Below the pieces are notes generated by a model that had not been told where the DNA came from, did not search any database, and saw only the letters and a list, made by a program, of their open reading frames with translations. A stretch of 64,000 nt of DNA. Origin: Verrucomicrobiota bacterium (GTDB lineage Bacteria > Verrucomicrobiota > Verrucomicrobiia > Opitutales > Seribacteraceae). The stretch spans positions 1 to 64,000 of the forward strand of contig JAQBYT010000005.1 in the NCBI GenBank assembly GCA_027622665.1, in the 5' to 3' direction. This document shows positions 19,713 to 29,168 of the stretch, piece by piece; position 1 is the first letter of the stretch; each line of letters begins with the position of its first letter. Position numbers and translations under genes: made by a program.

Positions 19713-21008
19713 TTAGGGTTTCTCTCCGATGCAGTAAACGGATTTGCTGCCGCGGATGATAATTTTGTCGCCGATGAAAAACGGTGTCCCTGCACAGCCG
19801 TCTTCGAGTTTGTTGACGCGGGTCAATTGGTACTTGCGGCCGAGTTCGAGCACGGCGGTGTTGCCGGCGTCGTCGAAGAAGAGCGCATTTCTCCTCGTTG
19901 TGACCGGGCTGCCATAGGCGTACCATGCACGGGCCAGGCCGCCGATCTTTACGCCGGATTCTGTCTTTTCCTTCTTCGTCACTTCGTCCACTGCCTTCGT
20001 GACCGTCAGGACTTCACCGGTTTTCGCGTCGATGGTATGGAGACGGGAATGCTTGGTCTCAATCGTGTAGATGAGGCCGTCTCTGTAAATCGGGGAGGCC
20101 ATGAACTCGCCGCTAAGACTGGTCACCCAAAGCTCTTTCAGCACCATGCCCTTCTCGGCCTTGGCGGGCAGTTCCATCGCCCTGGCTTTGATGTCGATGA
20201 CATAAACAAACTTGCCCTCGATCAGGGGCGTGGTGTAGCTCGACTTAAACTGTCCGGAGCAAAGAATCTCACCATCGACCAACCTTACGATGTCGCCCGA
20301 AGGCGTGACCGCGACTGGTTCATCGCCAATGTTCGCGATCACAGGTGTGCCGTAGGTCGATTTGGCGTCTGCGGCTTTCCACAGGGTTCGCCCGTCATTT
20401 GCGTCTAGTGCGATGAGGCAGCCCCAAGAAACGATGATCTTGTCCCCGACAAAGATCGGCGAGGAGGTGAAGTGTACTTCTTCCTCAGCCGTTTCAATGA
20501 TCCTGATCCACTTTTGCCCGCCCTGTAAATCGTAGCAGGCACAAAGTCCCATCGCGTTGATATAGAACACGAGACTGCCGTTGCTGGTGGGCGTTGGGGT
20601 CGACTGCTTGCTCTCGTCGCCACACCCCCGCATCAGGACCTTCGATAGTTTGGCCGGAATGTCGGTGCTGTCCTCACTGAAAAGATCTTTCTTCCAGAGG
20701 ATCTTCCCGTCCGCGATATCGAGGCAGATGAGGCTCCCCATTTCGGCCGTCACGAAGACTCGGTCCTTAACGACGATTGGCGAAGAATAACCACCGATAT
20801 CGACTGGGGTCTTCCAGAGAATATTCTTGTTCTCATCCCATTCGGACGGGGGATCGATGTTCGGAAAATGACCGTTGCCGTCGAAGCGCCACATGATGTT
20901 CGACGGTCCGCTTGCCTTTAGGGGAGCAGGTTTCCCGTCGGACTGCAGGCAGAGGCTGGCGGCTGCGATGGCTGCGATGAGAGCCACACCCTGAATTGAC
21001 CATCTCAT
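19713..21008 (-). CDS. PQQ-binding-like beta-propeller protein
   Basis: YSSPIV, CLDIADGKILW-type repeats; ATG overlaps the upstream stop (ATGA). Confidence 0.9.
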   Translation of the reverse strand: MRWSIQGVALIAAIAAASLCLQSDGKPAPLKASGPSNIMWRFDGNGHFPNIDPPSEWDENKNILWKTPVDIGGYSSPIVVKDRVFVTAEMGSLICLDIADGKILWKKDLFSEDSTDIPAKLSKVLMRGCGDESKQSTPTPTSNGSLVFYINAMGLCACYDLQGGQKWIRIIETAEEEVHFTSSPIFVGDKIIVSWGCLIALDANDGRTLWKAADAKSTYGTPVIANIGDEPVAVTPSGDIVRLVDGEILCSGQFKSSYTTPLIEGKFVYVIDIKARAMELPAKAEKGMVLKELWVTSLSGEFMASPIYRDGLIYTIETKHSRLHTIDAKTGEVLTVTKAVDEVTKKEKTESGVKIGGLARAWYAYGSPVTTRRNALFFDDAGNTAVLELGRKYQLTRVNKLEDGCAGTPFFIGDKIIIRGSKSVYCIGEKP

Positions 21009-22159
21009 TGCTTCGCCTGAATTTCTGCTGTGGAAACGCTGCCGATTACTCCGAATGCGTTGACCGTCCTCGCCTCTAGGCGGTTTGCTCCAGCGTGAAC
21101 TACCCAATCAAATTTGTCGGTGGACGGATTCCATTTTCCACTGTCGGTACGGGCCTCGAAGCGTTTGAAGTTCGGCGTCAGGGTTTTCAGCGTGACCATC
21201 AGCTTGCCGTTTTCTGCTGTTAGAGTCATGGCAGATTGGCCAATCGGGAAATACGGATCCGTGGCGGGATTCTCCGGCAGTTTCCGAGTGTGCCACTGAG
21301 TGCCGTCACAGAGTTGATCCTTCACGATGAACATCCCGCCGTAGTCGTATCCGGAATCCGTGAGCCTGGTGTTGGTGATGTAGCCGATGAAGCCGTATTT
21401 ATCGAGTTCGTCAGGATCGATGGTTAGGTCGCCGAAGCCGTCAAACTTGGCGAGCCAGATAGGCAGATCGGACTTCTTGTATCGCTTTCGTTCCTTCCCA
21501 ACCACGATGGTGAGACCCTTCCCGTCGTTGTAAAACCAATCTTGGCGGATTTCCCACGCATTGAGCGGCACGCCGTCTTTTTCCAAATACATGTTGCTGG
21601 TCGGATCGAGCATCACCCACTTGCGATACTGGTTCGACCAGATCTCTGTGGTGGTGTGCTCGGTAGATCCGCCATTCTTGTTCACGCCTTGATGCCGGCG
21701 CAGAGCCAGTGCGCGATCCACCCAGCCTAGGCAGGCGGCGGTCGACACCATCACCTGCCCATACTGGGTGCAAAAGAAGCTGTGTCCCTCGTCGATTGCT
21801 TTCAATATTTCGTACGCACCTTTAGCCAGCGTCGATGGCCGGCCGAACTTTTTGAACTGGTGATGCGTCCAGTCCATCAGACGAACTTGCCGGTCGAACT
21901 CGTCTTTGCCGGGCGCGACTACTTTGTCCAACTCGTAGTGTTCGCGCAATTCCCTGAGTTTGGGGTTGCTGAAGGAATCGAATTTGAATCGCTGGGAGTA
22001 ATCGCTTTGGAAGTAAGGCAGGTTGTCCAGCTTGGTGAGGATGGCGGTGTGGCCGTTGAGATCGAGGGGAGTGTCGAGTTGCAGTTCTTTCGCATAAGCC
22101 TGTGCGGTTATGGCCAGTTCGAGTGCGAGGAGCATGGCGGAAACGGGAATTACTTTCAT
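21005..22159 (-). CDS. Secreted transglutaminase-like (Cys-His-Asp) protein
   Basis: Signal peptide from MKVIPV; FCTQY, EHTTTEIW, WVMLDP. Confidence 0.85.
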   Translation of the reverse strand: MKVIPVSAMLLALELAITAQAYAKELQLDTPLDLNGHTAILTKLDNLPYFQSDYSQRFKFDSFSNPKLRELREHYELDKVVAPGKDEFDRQVRLMDWTHHQFKKFGRPSTLAKGAYEILKAIDEGHSFFCTQYGQVMVSTAACLGWVDRALALRRHQGVNKNGGSTEHTTTEIWSNQYRKWVMLDPTSNMYLEKDGVPLNAWEIRQDWFYNDGKGLTIVVGKERKRYKKSDLPIWLAKFDGFGDLTIDPDELDKYGFIGYITNTRLTDSGYDYGGMFIVKDQLCDGTQWHTRKLPENPATDPYFPIGQSAMTLTAENGKLMVTLKTLTPNFKRFEARTDSGKWNPSTDKFDWVVHAGANRLEARTVNAFGVIGSVSTAEIQAKQ

Positions 22160-22268
22160 TGGAGGGTTGGGTATAGTGTACAGTGACAGCTTGCTTGCTC
22201 GATGCTTAACGACAACTGGTCTTGGCCTCGGAATCATGAAACCGCAATTATGATCTGACAAGCGGACA

Positions 22269-22613
22269 TCAAAACACAAGGGCAAGAGGTGCAAGCCTTT
22301 GGAGAATTGTCTTACCTATTCCGTGTCTCTGAAAGTGTGGCTTTATGTAAAGGTCTTCGAGATAGAGACCGGGTTTCCCCGCGAAGGTGGAGAAATTGTG
22401 AAAGAAGAGAGCGAAGGCTATGGGTTTGCCGCCCAGTTCCCCGAGCAGGGCTTCCGCCACGGGCTTCTCACGAAAAAGGGGTTTATGAAATTTTTCCTCA
22501 GTGGCCACACATTGGGGGAGCAGGTTTTCGTGCTCGGCTAATTCGCGAACCATGCCAAGAATGGCCTTAGTATCGGTGACGTCGGCAGCGCGTATTACAA
22601 GCGCCTCACTTCT
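22269..22613 (-). pseudogene. GNAT N-acetyltransferase (diamine acetyltransferase-like), N-terminal fragment
   Basis: Reads RSEALVIRAAD..RELAEHE..FFHNFSTFAGKPGLYLEDLYIKP..GIGKTILQRLAPLALV then stops; no start codon at the expected position. Confidence 0.85.
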
Positions 22614-23307
22614 TTAAATCGGAGAATTTTCTTTTGTCGTTCATGTCGATGGCCCACAATTTGGTGTGGGCTTTCCAAGCAAGAACAATGAGGCCCACTG
22701 CAAGGAGACCTGTATAAACCGGGACGCAGATAGCGAAGTACGCTCGTGTTGGATCGAGTAGTATGATGGTACAGTTGAGGGCGAGGAAATAGATGCGTAT
22801 TTCCGTTGGGCCGATGCCGAAAAAGTAAATTTCAAATTCGTTTGTGGCGGCGAAGCAGAGGAAGGAATTAACCATGTAGCCGCTAGTGATGGCTAGAATG
22901 CCGAAGAACCACCAATCGAGGTTTTGCTGAGGCGGGGCAATTATGGCATAGCCTATGATTAGGCCGCACTGAAAAACATAGTCCAGAAAATGGTCCATAT
23001 AGAATCCCCATTTTACTAGTCCGGTGTTTCGAGTACGTCCAACGGCTCCGTCGAAGAGATCGGAGAGATATTGAAGAACGATGGCGAGCGACACTCCCCA
23101 GAACCAACGGATGTCCCCTGATTCCCGCACTTGCCATGCGGAGGCAATGACTAGGCTGGTCCATGGAATTGTGAGTAAGGTAAGATGGTGAGTTTCTAAC
23201 CAAAAGGGCACGCGGTTAACCCATCTTGCCACCAACTTTTTTTCCAACGGGCCAAGTATCGATTCTCCCGCCTTGGCCGCGCCGCCGAATCCTTGCTTTT
23301 CCGTCAT
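22606..23307 (-). CDS. CDP-alcohol phosphatidyltransferase family protein
   Basis: DLFDGAVGR..GFYMDHFLD signature. Confidence 0.9.
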   Translation of the reverse strand: MTEKQGFGGAAKAGESILGPLEKKLVARWVNRVPFWLETHHLTLLTIPWTSLVIASAWQVRESGDIRWFWGVSLAIVLQYLSDLFDGAVGRTRNTGLVKWGFYMDHFLDYVFQCGLIIGYAIIAPPQQNLDWWFFGILAITSGYMVNSFLCFAATNEFEIYFFGIGPTEIRIYFLALNCTIILLDPTRAYFAICVPVYTGLLAVGLIVLAWKAHTKLWAIDMNDKRKFSDLKK

Positions 23308-24764
23308 CCCTTACTTTTTATGTCGTAGCAGTAGAGGATGTTTTGAGCTCGGAGGTAGAGCTTTCCGCCCGCTACGACTGGATGTTGCCAACTGTTTTTT
23401 TGGTCATTTGGGATTTGGAAGGACCCTTTCTCCGTATAGCCTCGGGAGTTGGCTTCAACCAATTTCATCATGCCGTTTTGGTAGCGAAAGTAAAGGTGTC
23501 CATCGGCACAAGTTACGGCCGCCGATCCCATCTTGCGAATATCATTGTCGTTTACTTTCCATGTGATTCGGCCCGTTTTCATATCGAGACAAAAAGGTTC
23601 TCCCCTGTTGTGTCCATGTCCGCCATAGACATATCCGTCGAGCAGCACCATTCCTCCGTGGTGGTTCTGTAGCTCCTCGGCCGAATAGTATTTGATCTCT
23701 CGAATACCTGAAGTAGTTATCCGCAGCAAGGCGCTGCCGCCATCGCCGTAACCCGTGGAGGCGAAGATGTGGTCGCCATCCACGATGACCGAAGGGATGT
23801 TTGCAGTTCCGTTTGCGATCTTATTGTAATGCCAAAGGGGGCGACCGGAGCGAGCGTCAACGGCCAGAACGCCTCGACCGGTCATCTGTACATATTGCTT
23901 CTTGCCGCCAATTTCGACGATGGATACTGAACCGTAACCAGCGCCGTCTTTGCCCTTGGTCCCCATGTCGCGAGGGAAGGGGGTTCGCCAGATCTCTTGA
24001 CCGGTTTTCTTGTCCAAAGCCACGATGGCGGCGTTTGGTGCGCCGGGACTGCATATAAGCCAAGAACCGTCGAGAAGTGGGGATTCCGAGTATCCCCAAC
24101 CCGACATCATTTTGCCTCCAAAGTCCCGCTCGAAGTTCTTTTGCCAAACGAGTTTTCCGTCCGAGGCACGAACACCAACCAAGTTGCCATTCTTAGTTAG
24201 CCCATAAACCAAGCTAAATTCTTTGTCATAGGCCGGTGTTCCGTTGACGCCCCCACCTCCACGGATGGGACTTTCCCAAGCTTTTCTACCAGTTGCCCTG
24301 TCAAGGGCGTAAAGTGATGTGGCGCCGCCCGCTTCACCGAGCGTGAAGATTCGGTCACCTACGACAATGATGCTGGAGTAGCCTTTACCCAGATTATTGG
24401 TGCTCCAGAGAAGACTCGGACCATTTTTAGGCCATTGTGCGAGCAAGTCTGCTTCGCGGGAAACACCATCCCCGTTAGGCCCTCTCCAGCGAGGCCAGTC
24501 CGTAGTTTGCCTTTTCCCGTCTTGGCTTTCACTTGGATTTTTGGAAGCAAGGCTCCGTGCAAAAAGTTGATCAGCAGCAGTAAGCCGAGATATTGGGAAT
24601 GCATAGGACTGAGTGCCAACACGCAGTACGATTATGTCGCCGCGAATGGTTTCAAAATCTCCTGTGACTCGTCGACCCTGAACATCCGTCCAAGTTCTCG
24701 GAGCGGACTTCATCCACAGGTTTGAGAGAAACAGCAAAGTAATGAAAAATGAGAAAGGCTTCAT
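23304..24764 (-). CDS. SHD1-like domain + PQQ-like beta-propeller protein
   Basis: RTWTDVQGR..LTAADQ (SHD1-like); DWPRWRGP; HPVVAGGKLYLR. Confidence 0.88.
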   Translation of the reverse strand: MKPFSFFITLLFLSNLWMKSAPRTWTDVQGRRVTGDFETIRGDIIVLRVGTQSYAFPISRLTAADQLFARSLASKNPSESQDGKRQTTDWPRWRGPNGDGVSREADLLAQWPKNGPSLLWSTNNLGKGYSSIIVVGDRIFTLGEAGGATSLYALDRATGRKAWESPIRGGGGVNGTPAYDKEFSLVYGLTKNGNLVGVRASDGKLVWQKNFERDFGGKMMSGWGYSESPLLDGSWLICSPGAPNAAIVALDKKTGQEIWRTPFPRDMGTKGKDGAGYGSVSIVEIGGKKQYVQMTGRGVLAVDARSGRPLWHYNKIANGTANIPSVIVDGDHIFASTGYGDGGSALLRITTSGIREIKYYSAEELQNHHGGMVLLDGYVYGGHGHNRGEPFCLDMKTGRITWKVNDNDIRKMGSAAVTCADGHLYFRYQNGMMKLVEANSRGYTEKGSFQIPNDQKNSWQHPVVAGGKLYLRAQNILYCYDIKSKG

Positions 24765-25006
24765 GGTGTTTCCTCGGGTTTGTCGTTCATGCTTTCTTTG
24801 GTTAGTTAAACTGTCAATAGAAACGAATGGATCTTCGCGAGTTGAACTTTAACCAAGAACTTAAATGCGAATGCCGGCCGTGCCCTTTCTTTTTTTGGAA
24901 ACTATATCCTGGCAAAGCAGACGGTCGAGATTTTAAATCAAAGCGCTCTTTTTTGAGAACTCGCTGAGCTTGACGTCTTTCAGCTTGAAGTCATGAATTC
25001 ACTATT

Positions 25007-26146
25007 ATGAATAATAAAATACTTTGTGTCGATGACGAGGAATCGATCTTAAAGGGTTTCCAGCTGCACTTGCGCAAGGGATTTGATCTCTTTACGGCTA
25101 ATTCCGGAGAGGATGGACTGCGTGTTTTTGATGAAGAAGGGGGATTTGCGGTCGTTCTTTCGGACATGCGGATGCCGGGCATAGATGGTGCGGCCATGTT
25201 GTCGGCCATAAAGGAACGCAACGCCGATGTGGTGACAATGCTGCTCACGGGACATGCCGATTTCGAGTCGGCCATGTCTGCAGTCAACGATGGAAATGTT
25301 TTTCGCATGCTATCGAAGCCCTGTCCTCCCGAACGTTTGATCCAGTCTTTGTCTGCCGGTCTTCGGCAACACGAATTGATCGTTAGCGAAAAAGTGTTAC
25401 TCGAGCAAACGCTCAAAGGGGCGGTGGATGCGTTGAGCCAAGCCTTGGCAACCGCGAAGCCTTTGTTTTTTGGCCGGGCGCAACGCGTGCGTCGGCTCGC
25501 CGGCGAATTGGCGGATAGGCTTGAAGAGCCGAACAAGTGGAGGATCGAGGTGGCCTCTATTTTTTCTCAGATTGCCTCTATTACTTTACCTGAAGCAATT
25601 TCAGAGGATGTATATCATAAGCGAGAACTATCGAAGGAAGTTCAGGATATAGTGGGCCGATTTCCTGAAGTGACCGAACAAATGCTGGAGAAAATTCCTC
25701 GGCTCGAAGAGGTTCGCGAAATAATTGCCAAAATCGATTTACAGCCACATTTTGAATTGGCGGACGAAAAAGGCATTCGTCGAGCTGCTTCGATCATTAA
25801 GGTTGCACTGGACTTTGATCATTACGAGGAGCTTGGTTATGAGAAAGCTATCGTGGTGCAAACCTTGCGTGGTCGTGAAACGTATTACGATCCTGTGGTT
25901 ACTGAGGCTTTGCAGCACCTCCACTCCCTCGCCGATCAAAAATATCGTATCGAAGAAGTGTTGTTGAAGAATTTGGGGCCGGGTATGCGATTGGCTCAGG
26001 AGTTGCGTCATGACTCTGGTTTTTTGGTTGCACCTTCAGGTACTGATGTGGACCGACACTTTATACGTGTCGTACGCAATCACCTTGCCTGTTATGAAGA
26101 AAGTCCTTTCCCGAAGAAAATTTTGGTATCAGTCCCAAATGCCTGA
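25007..26146 (+). CDS. Response regulator with degenerate HD-type output domain
   Basis: ILCVDDE, SDMRMP, KP receiver motifs; HD-GYP-like layout without HD/GYP residues. Confidence 0.85.
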   Translation: MNNKILCVDDEESILKGFQLHLRKGFDLFTANSGEDGLRVFDEEGGFAVVLSDMRMPGIDGAAMLSAIKERNADVVTMLLTGHADFESAMSAVNDGNVFRMLSKPCPPERLIQSLSAGLRQHELIVSEKVLLEQTLKGAVDALSQALATAKPLFFGRAQRVRRLAGELADRLEEPNKWRIEVASIFSQIASITLPEAISEDVYHKRELSKEVQDIVGRFPEVTEQMLEKIPRLEEVREIIAKIDLQPHFELADEKGIRRAASIIKVALDFDHYEELGYEKAIVVQTLRGRETYYDPVVTEALQHLHSLADQKYRIEEVLLKNLGPGMRLAQELRHDSGFLVAPSGTDVDRHFIRVVRNHLACYEESPFPKKILVSVPNA

Positions 26147-26191
26147 GAGCTATTTCTGTTTCATCAGTTCAATTGATCTCAGCTTCCGATC

Positions 26192-27862
26192 GTGAAGGTA
26201 AGCTCCTATGTGATTTTGCTCACTCTTGCCGGTTTGGGCGGGGCTTCTATTCTGGCAATTTTCGGGTGGTGGAAATTCTCTGATTTGCAGTCGGCAACTG
26301 ACGAGTTGCGATTAGAGGCCGAAAGGTCGGGAGCGGCTTCGGAGGAGCATTTAGCCATACAAGTATTCCTGACATCTAGTAGCGACGCTCTAAATGCAAT
26401 GGAAGTCTACCCGCAGGAGTTCAAGGGTTTATTTGGTGTAGTGAGAAACAGTCTAGTTTATTCCTCGGCCGCATTAGAGAAAATCACGGATGAATACTCG
26501 AGTAATTATAAAGCGGATACATTAAACCAGTTGAAAAAAGAAATCTCAGGAATCAACGATGCCTTGGATCAAATGGAAGAAGTAAGATTTTCCCGGAAGG
26601 CTGGGGGATCTAGTCGTAGCGAACATAAGGCTGCCCGGTCGACTTTCGATGAGTTTGCCAAGAAACTTGAGATTAGTTTGGAGTGGTTACGGAACGAAGC
26701 CGATTCAAATATCAACAGTCGAAAAGGTGAGCTAAGCGCTCGATGGATGGATTTGGAGCAAAGTCGAAAAGAGGCGAGCATTTTTTCTTGGATAGCCGTT
26801 GTTCTCTATTTTGGCATTACTGCATTTCTGGCATGGAGGACCTACCGAAACCTAGCCCAGCCCATACAGTCTCTAGAAAATGCCGCTAGTAATTCCTTGG
26901 ATGAGGGAAAACCTTTTATTTTGGCGGAAACGGGACCTGCTGAAATTCGATCTTTGACGAGACGCCTCCGTGTTTTAGTCCATGGATTGGAGGAACAAGT
27001 GGCCCAGCGCACTCATGCACTGCGAGCAAAGGCCCATCAATTGGAAGAAGAAATGATGCAGCGTAAGCACTTGGAAACCGAGCTTGTCCATGCCCAGAAA
27101 ATGGAAGCTGTCGGTCAACTGGCAGCGGGGATTGCTCACGAAATCAATTCACCTTCACAATTCGTAAACGACAATGTCATGTTCTTGAAGGATGCCGTCA
27201 ATGAATTGTTGGCCGCGGTTTCCGGTGAAGGAGAAATTCCAGATGCCAAGGAAATTGAATTCTTAAGAGAAAACGCCCCTGGTTCTGCTGAACAGGCTCT
27301 CCAGGGAATGGAACGAATTACGACTATCGTCAAATCGATGAAAAATTTTGCGTATAGGGATGCCGCTTCAGAAAAAAGGCCCCAAAACGTTAATCAGGCA
27401 ATTGAAGCGACTGCGGTGGTCGCTACCAACGAATGGAAGTATCACGCGGAACTCAAAACCGACCTCGATCCAAATTTGCCTTTTGTTCCCTGTAACATTG
27501 GAGAGATTAATCAAGTGGTCCTTAATCTTATTGTTAATGCCGCCCATGCAATTCGAGATTCTGAATTGAAGGACGGCAAAGGCCTGATCTTAGTTTCGAC
27601 GAGGCAGTACGATCAATATGTGGTAATTACGATTCAGGATGACGGCGGCGGTATTCCAGAGCATGTTCAGGGTAAAATTTTCGAACCTTTTTTCACGACT
27701 AAGGAAGTAGGCGTGGGAACTGGTCAGGGCTTGGCAATTGCTCATAACGTGATTACGAAATCGCACGGCGGACATATTTGGTTTGAAACAGAGCAAGGCA
27801 AGGGCACGACTTTCTTTATTCGACTGTCTTTGGATACTCCATCCCAAGCATCGGAATCGTGA
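26192..27862 (+). CDS. Membrane sensor histidine kinase
   Basis: Two TM segments, HAMP-like linker, AHEINSP H-box, N/G1/F/G2 boxes. Confidence 0.93.
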   Translation: MKVSSYVILLTLAGLGGASILAIFGWWKFSDLQSATDELRLEAERSGAASEEHLAIQVFLTSSSDALNAMEVYPQEFKGLFGVVRNSLVYSSAALEKITDEYSSNYKADTLNQLKKEISGINDALDQMEEVRFSRKAGGSSRSEHKAARSTFDEFAKKLEISLEWLRNEADSNINSRKGELSARWMDLEQSRKEASIFSWIAVVLYFGITAFLAWRTYRNLAQPIQSLENAASNSLDEGKPFILAETGPAEIRSLTRRLRVLVHGLEEQVAQRTHALRAKAHQLEEEMMQRKHLETELVHAQKMEAVGQLAAGIAHEINSPSQFVNDNVMFLKDAVNELLAAVSGEGEIPDAKEIEFLRENAPGSAEQALQGMERITTIVKSMKNFAYRDAASEKRPQNVNQAIEATAVVATNEWKYHAELKTDLDPNLPFVPCNIGEINQVVLNLIVNAAHAIRDSELKDGKGLILVSTRQYDQYVVITIQDDGGGIPEHVQGKIFEPFFTTKEVGVGTGQGLAIAHNVITKSHGGHIWFETEQGKGTTFFIRLSLDTPSQASES

Positions 27863-29145
27863 TGTTTCAAGTGTGGCGATTTTTCTACCTGCCGGCAGTG
27901 GGAATCCTGGCCTTGCTTGCATCGGGATGCGGTTCGGAAGAAACGATGAAAGGAAGCCTTAGCTTTTTGGACAGCAAAGGAGAGGAAGTTCCCCAAGCAG
28001 GTATCTCCATAAAGATTTTCGATAAAGACGGAATCGTGGCCATTCGTCGAAAATCTAGAGTTATGTTGGGGGAACAGGTTATTCAACTAAAGGGAGGGGA
28101 ATTATCCTCAGACTTTGTCGATAATTATTTTTCGAGCATGTTTGATCTTGTTGATTCGATTCCCCCGCTTGATGAGATAGAAACCGATGATGCCGGGCTG
28201 TTTGACTTTTCGTTTACTGGTGGTGAATGCTTGATTTCGGCTCATTCGGTCGCGGGAGACGAAAATCCCAGATGGTTAAGGCTTATAAGTCGAAACGCTA
28301 TTAAGCAGGAGGGCATAGATTTGAATACCGGCAACCAGCTGAAATTTGGCGGCATAGAGGACTTTGTCTCTTTGACGGAAATAGAGAATCAATTTAAAAT
28401 ACGCATTGGTGAACTCGGATTGATTGCCGAATGGAAGCCAAAGCTTGAACCGCAAAACCTGATTTATATTCCTCCCGGCAACTTTGTTATGGGAAGCAAG
28501 GGGGGCGATGCTCTTCGGGGCAAAAACGAAACTGTCCACGGGGTCACGATCACCCATGGGTTCTGGATGGGAAAGTATGAAGTGACAAACGAAAGATGGA
28601 ATGCAGTTTGGGCTATCACGGATTTTAACTCATCGGAGCAAAAAATGCCGGTCAGCCAAGTTTCACATGGCAAGGCTCAGGCCTTTTGCTGGAAGTTGAC
28701 CGAAAGTGAAAGAGGTGCGGGAAACTTGCCCGCTGGCTTTATTTATCGTTTACCTACCGAGGCAGAATGGGAGTACGCTTGTCGGGCGGGTACTTCTTCA
28801 GTGTTTAGTTTCGGCGACGATCCAGCTTCACTTTCGGAGTACGCTTGGCATCAGGGCAATAGTCGACGCATTTACCACCAAGTGGGAACGAAAACTGCGA
28901 ATGCTTGGGGTTTGCACGACATGTACGGTAACGTGCTGGAGTGGTGCTTTGATTGGTATGGCGATTATCCTTCCTTTCCAGTTGTAAATCCATTGGGAAC
29001 CTTGAGGGGAAAAGGGCGGGTGCTCCGAGGTGGCGGTTATACCTCTGCAGAATCTCAGTGCTGCTCGGGTTCCCGTGATCAGTGGGCACCTGTTTCTCGC
29101 AGCTTCAACGTGGGCTTTCGCGTAGTGTTGGGATGCCCTTTGTGA
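27859..29145 (+). CDS. Lipoprotein with FGE-sulfatase (SUMF1-like) domain
   Basis: Lipobox ASGC; YRLPTEAEWEYACRAG, DMYGNVLEW, GFR. Confidence 0.88.
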   Translation: MMFQVWRFFYLPAVGILALLASGCGSEETMKGSLSFLDSKGEEVPQAGISIKIFDKDGIVAIRRKSRVMLGEQVIQLKGGELSSDFVDNYFSSMFDLVDSIPPLDEIETDDAGLFDFSFTGGECLISAHSVAGDENPRWLRLISRNAIKQEGIDLNTGNQLKFGGIEDFVSLTEIENQFKIRIGELGLIAEWKPKLEPQNLIYIPPGNFVMGSKGGDALRGKNETVHGVTITHGFWMGKYEVTNERWNAVWAITDFNSSEQKMPVSQVSHGKAQAFCWKLTESERGAGNLPAGFIYRLPTEAEWEYACRAGTSSVFSFGDDPASLSEYAWHQGNSRRIYHQVGTKTANAWGLHDMYGNVLEWCFDWYGDYPSFPVVNPLGTLRGKGRVLRGGGYTSAESQCCSGSRDQWAPVSRSFNVGFRVVLGCPL

Positions 29146-29168
29146 TGCGAGGTTCGAGGGTTGTTCAC

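Larger units (their letters stand above)
18145..22281. mobile_element. About 4.1 kb inserted three-gene cassette with no mobility gene
   Basis: Separates the two halves of one GNAT gene; ACAAGG at 18145-18150 and 22276-22281. Confidence 0.75.

Noticed and set aside
19674..20408. 244-aa plus-strand ORF
   Set aside because: Antisense to a propeller gene
18151..22275. Insertion sequence or integron cassette
   Set aside because: No transposase, terminal inverted repeats or attC-like palindrome seen at the ends
27859..29145. Sulfatase-maturating formylglycine-generating enzyme
   Set aside because: Lipoprotein lacking the CxxxxC catalytic motif of true FGE; only the fold family is supported
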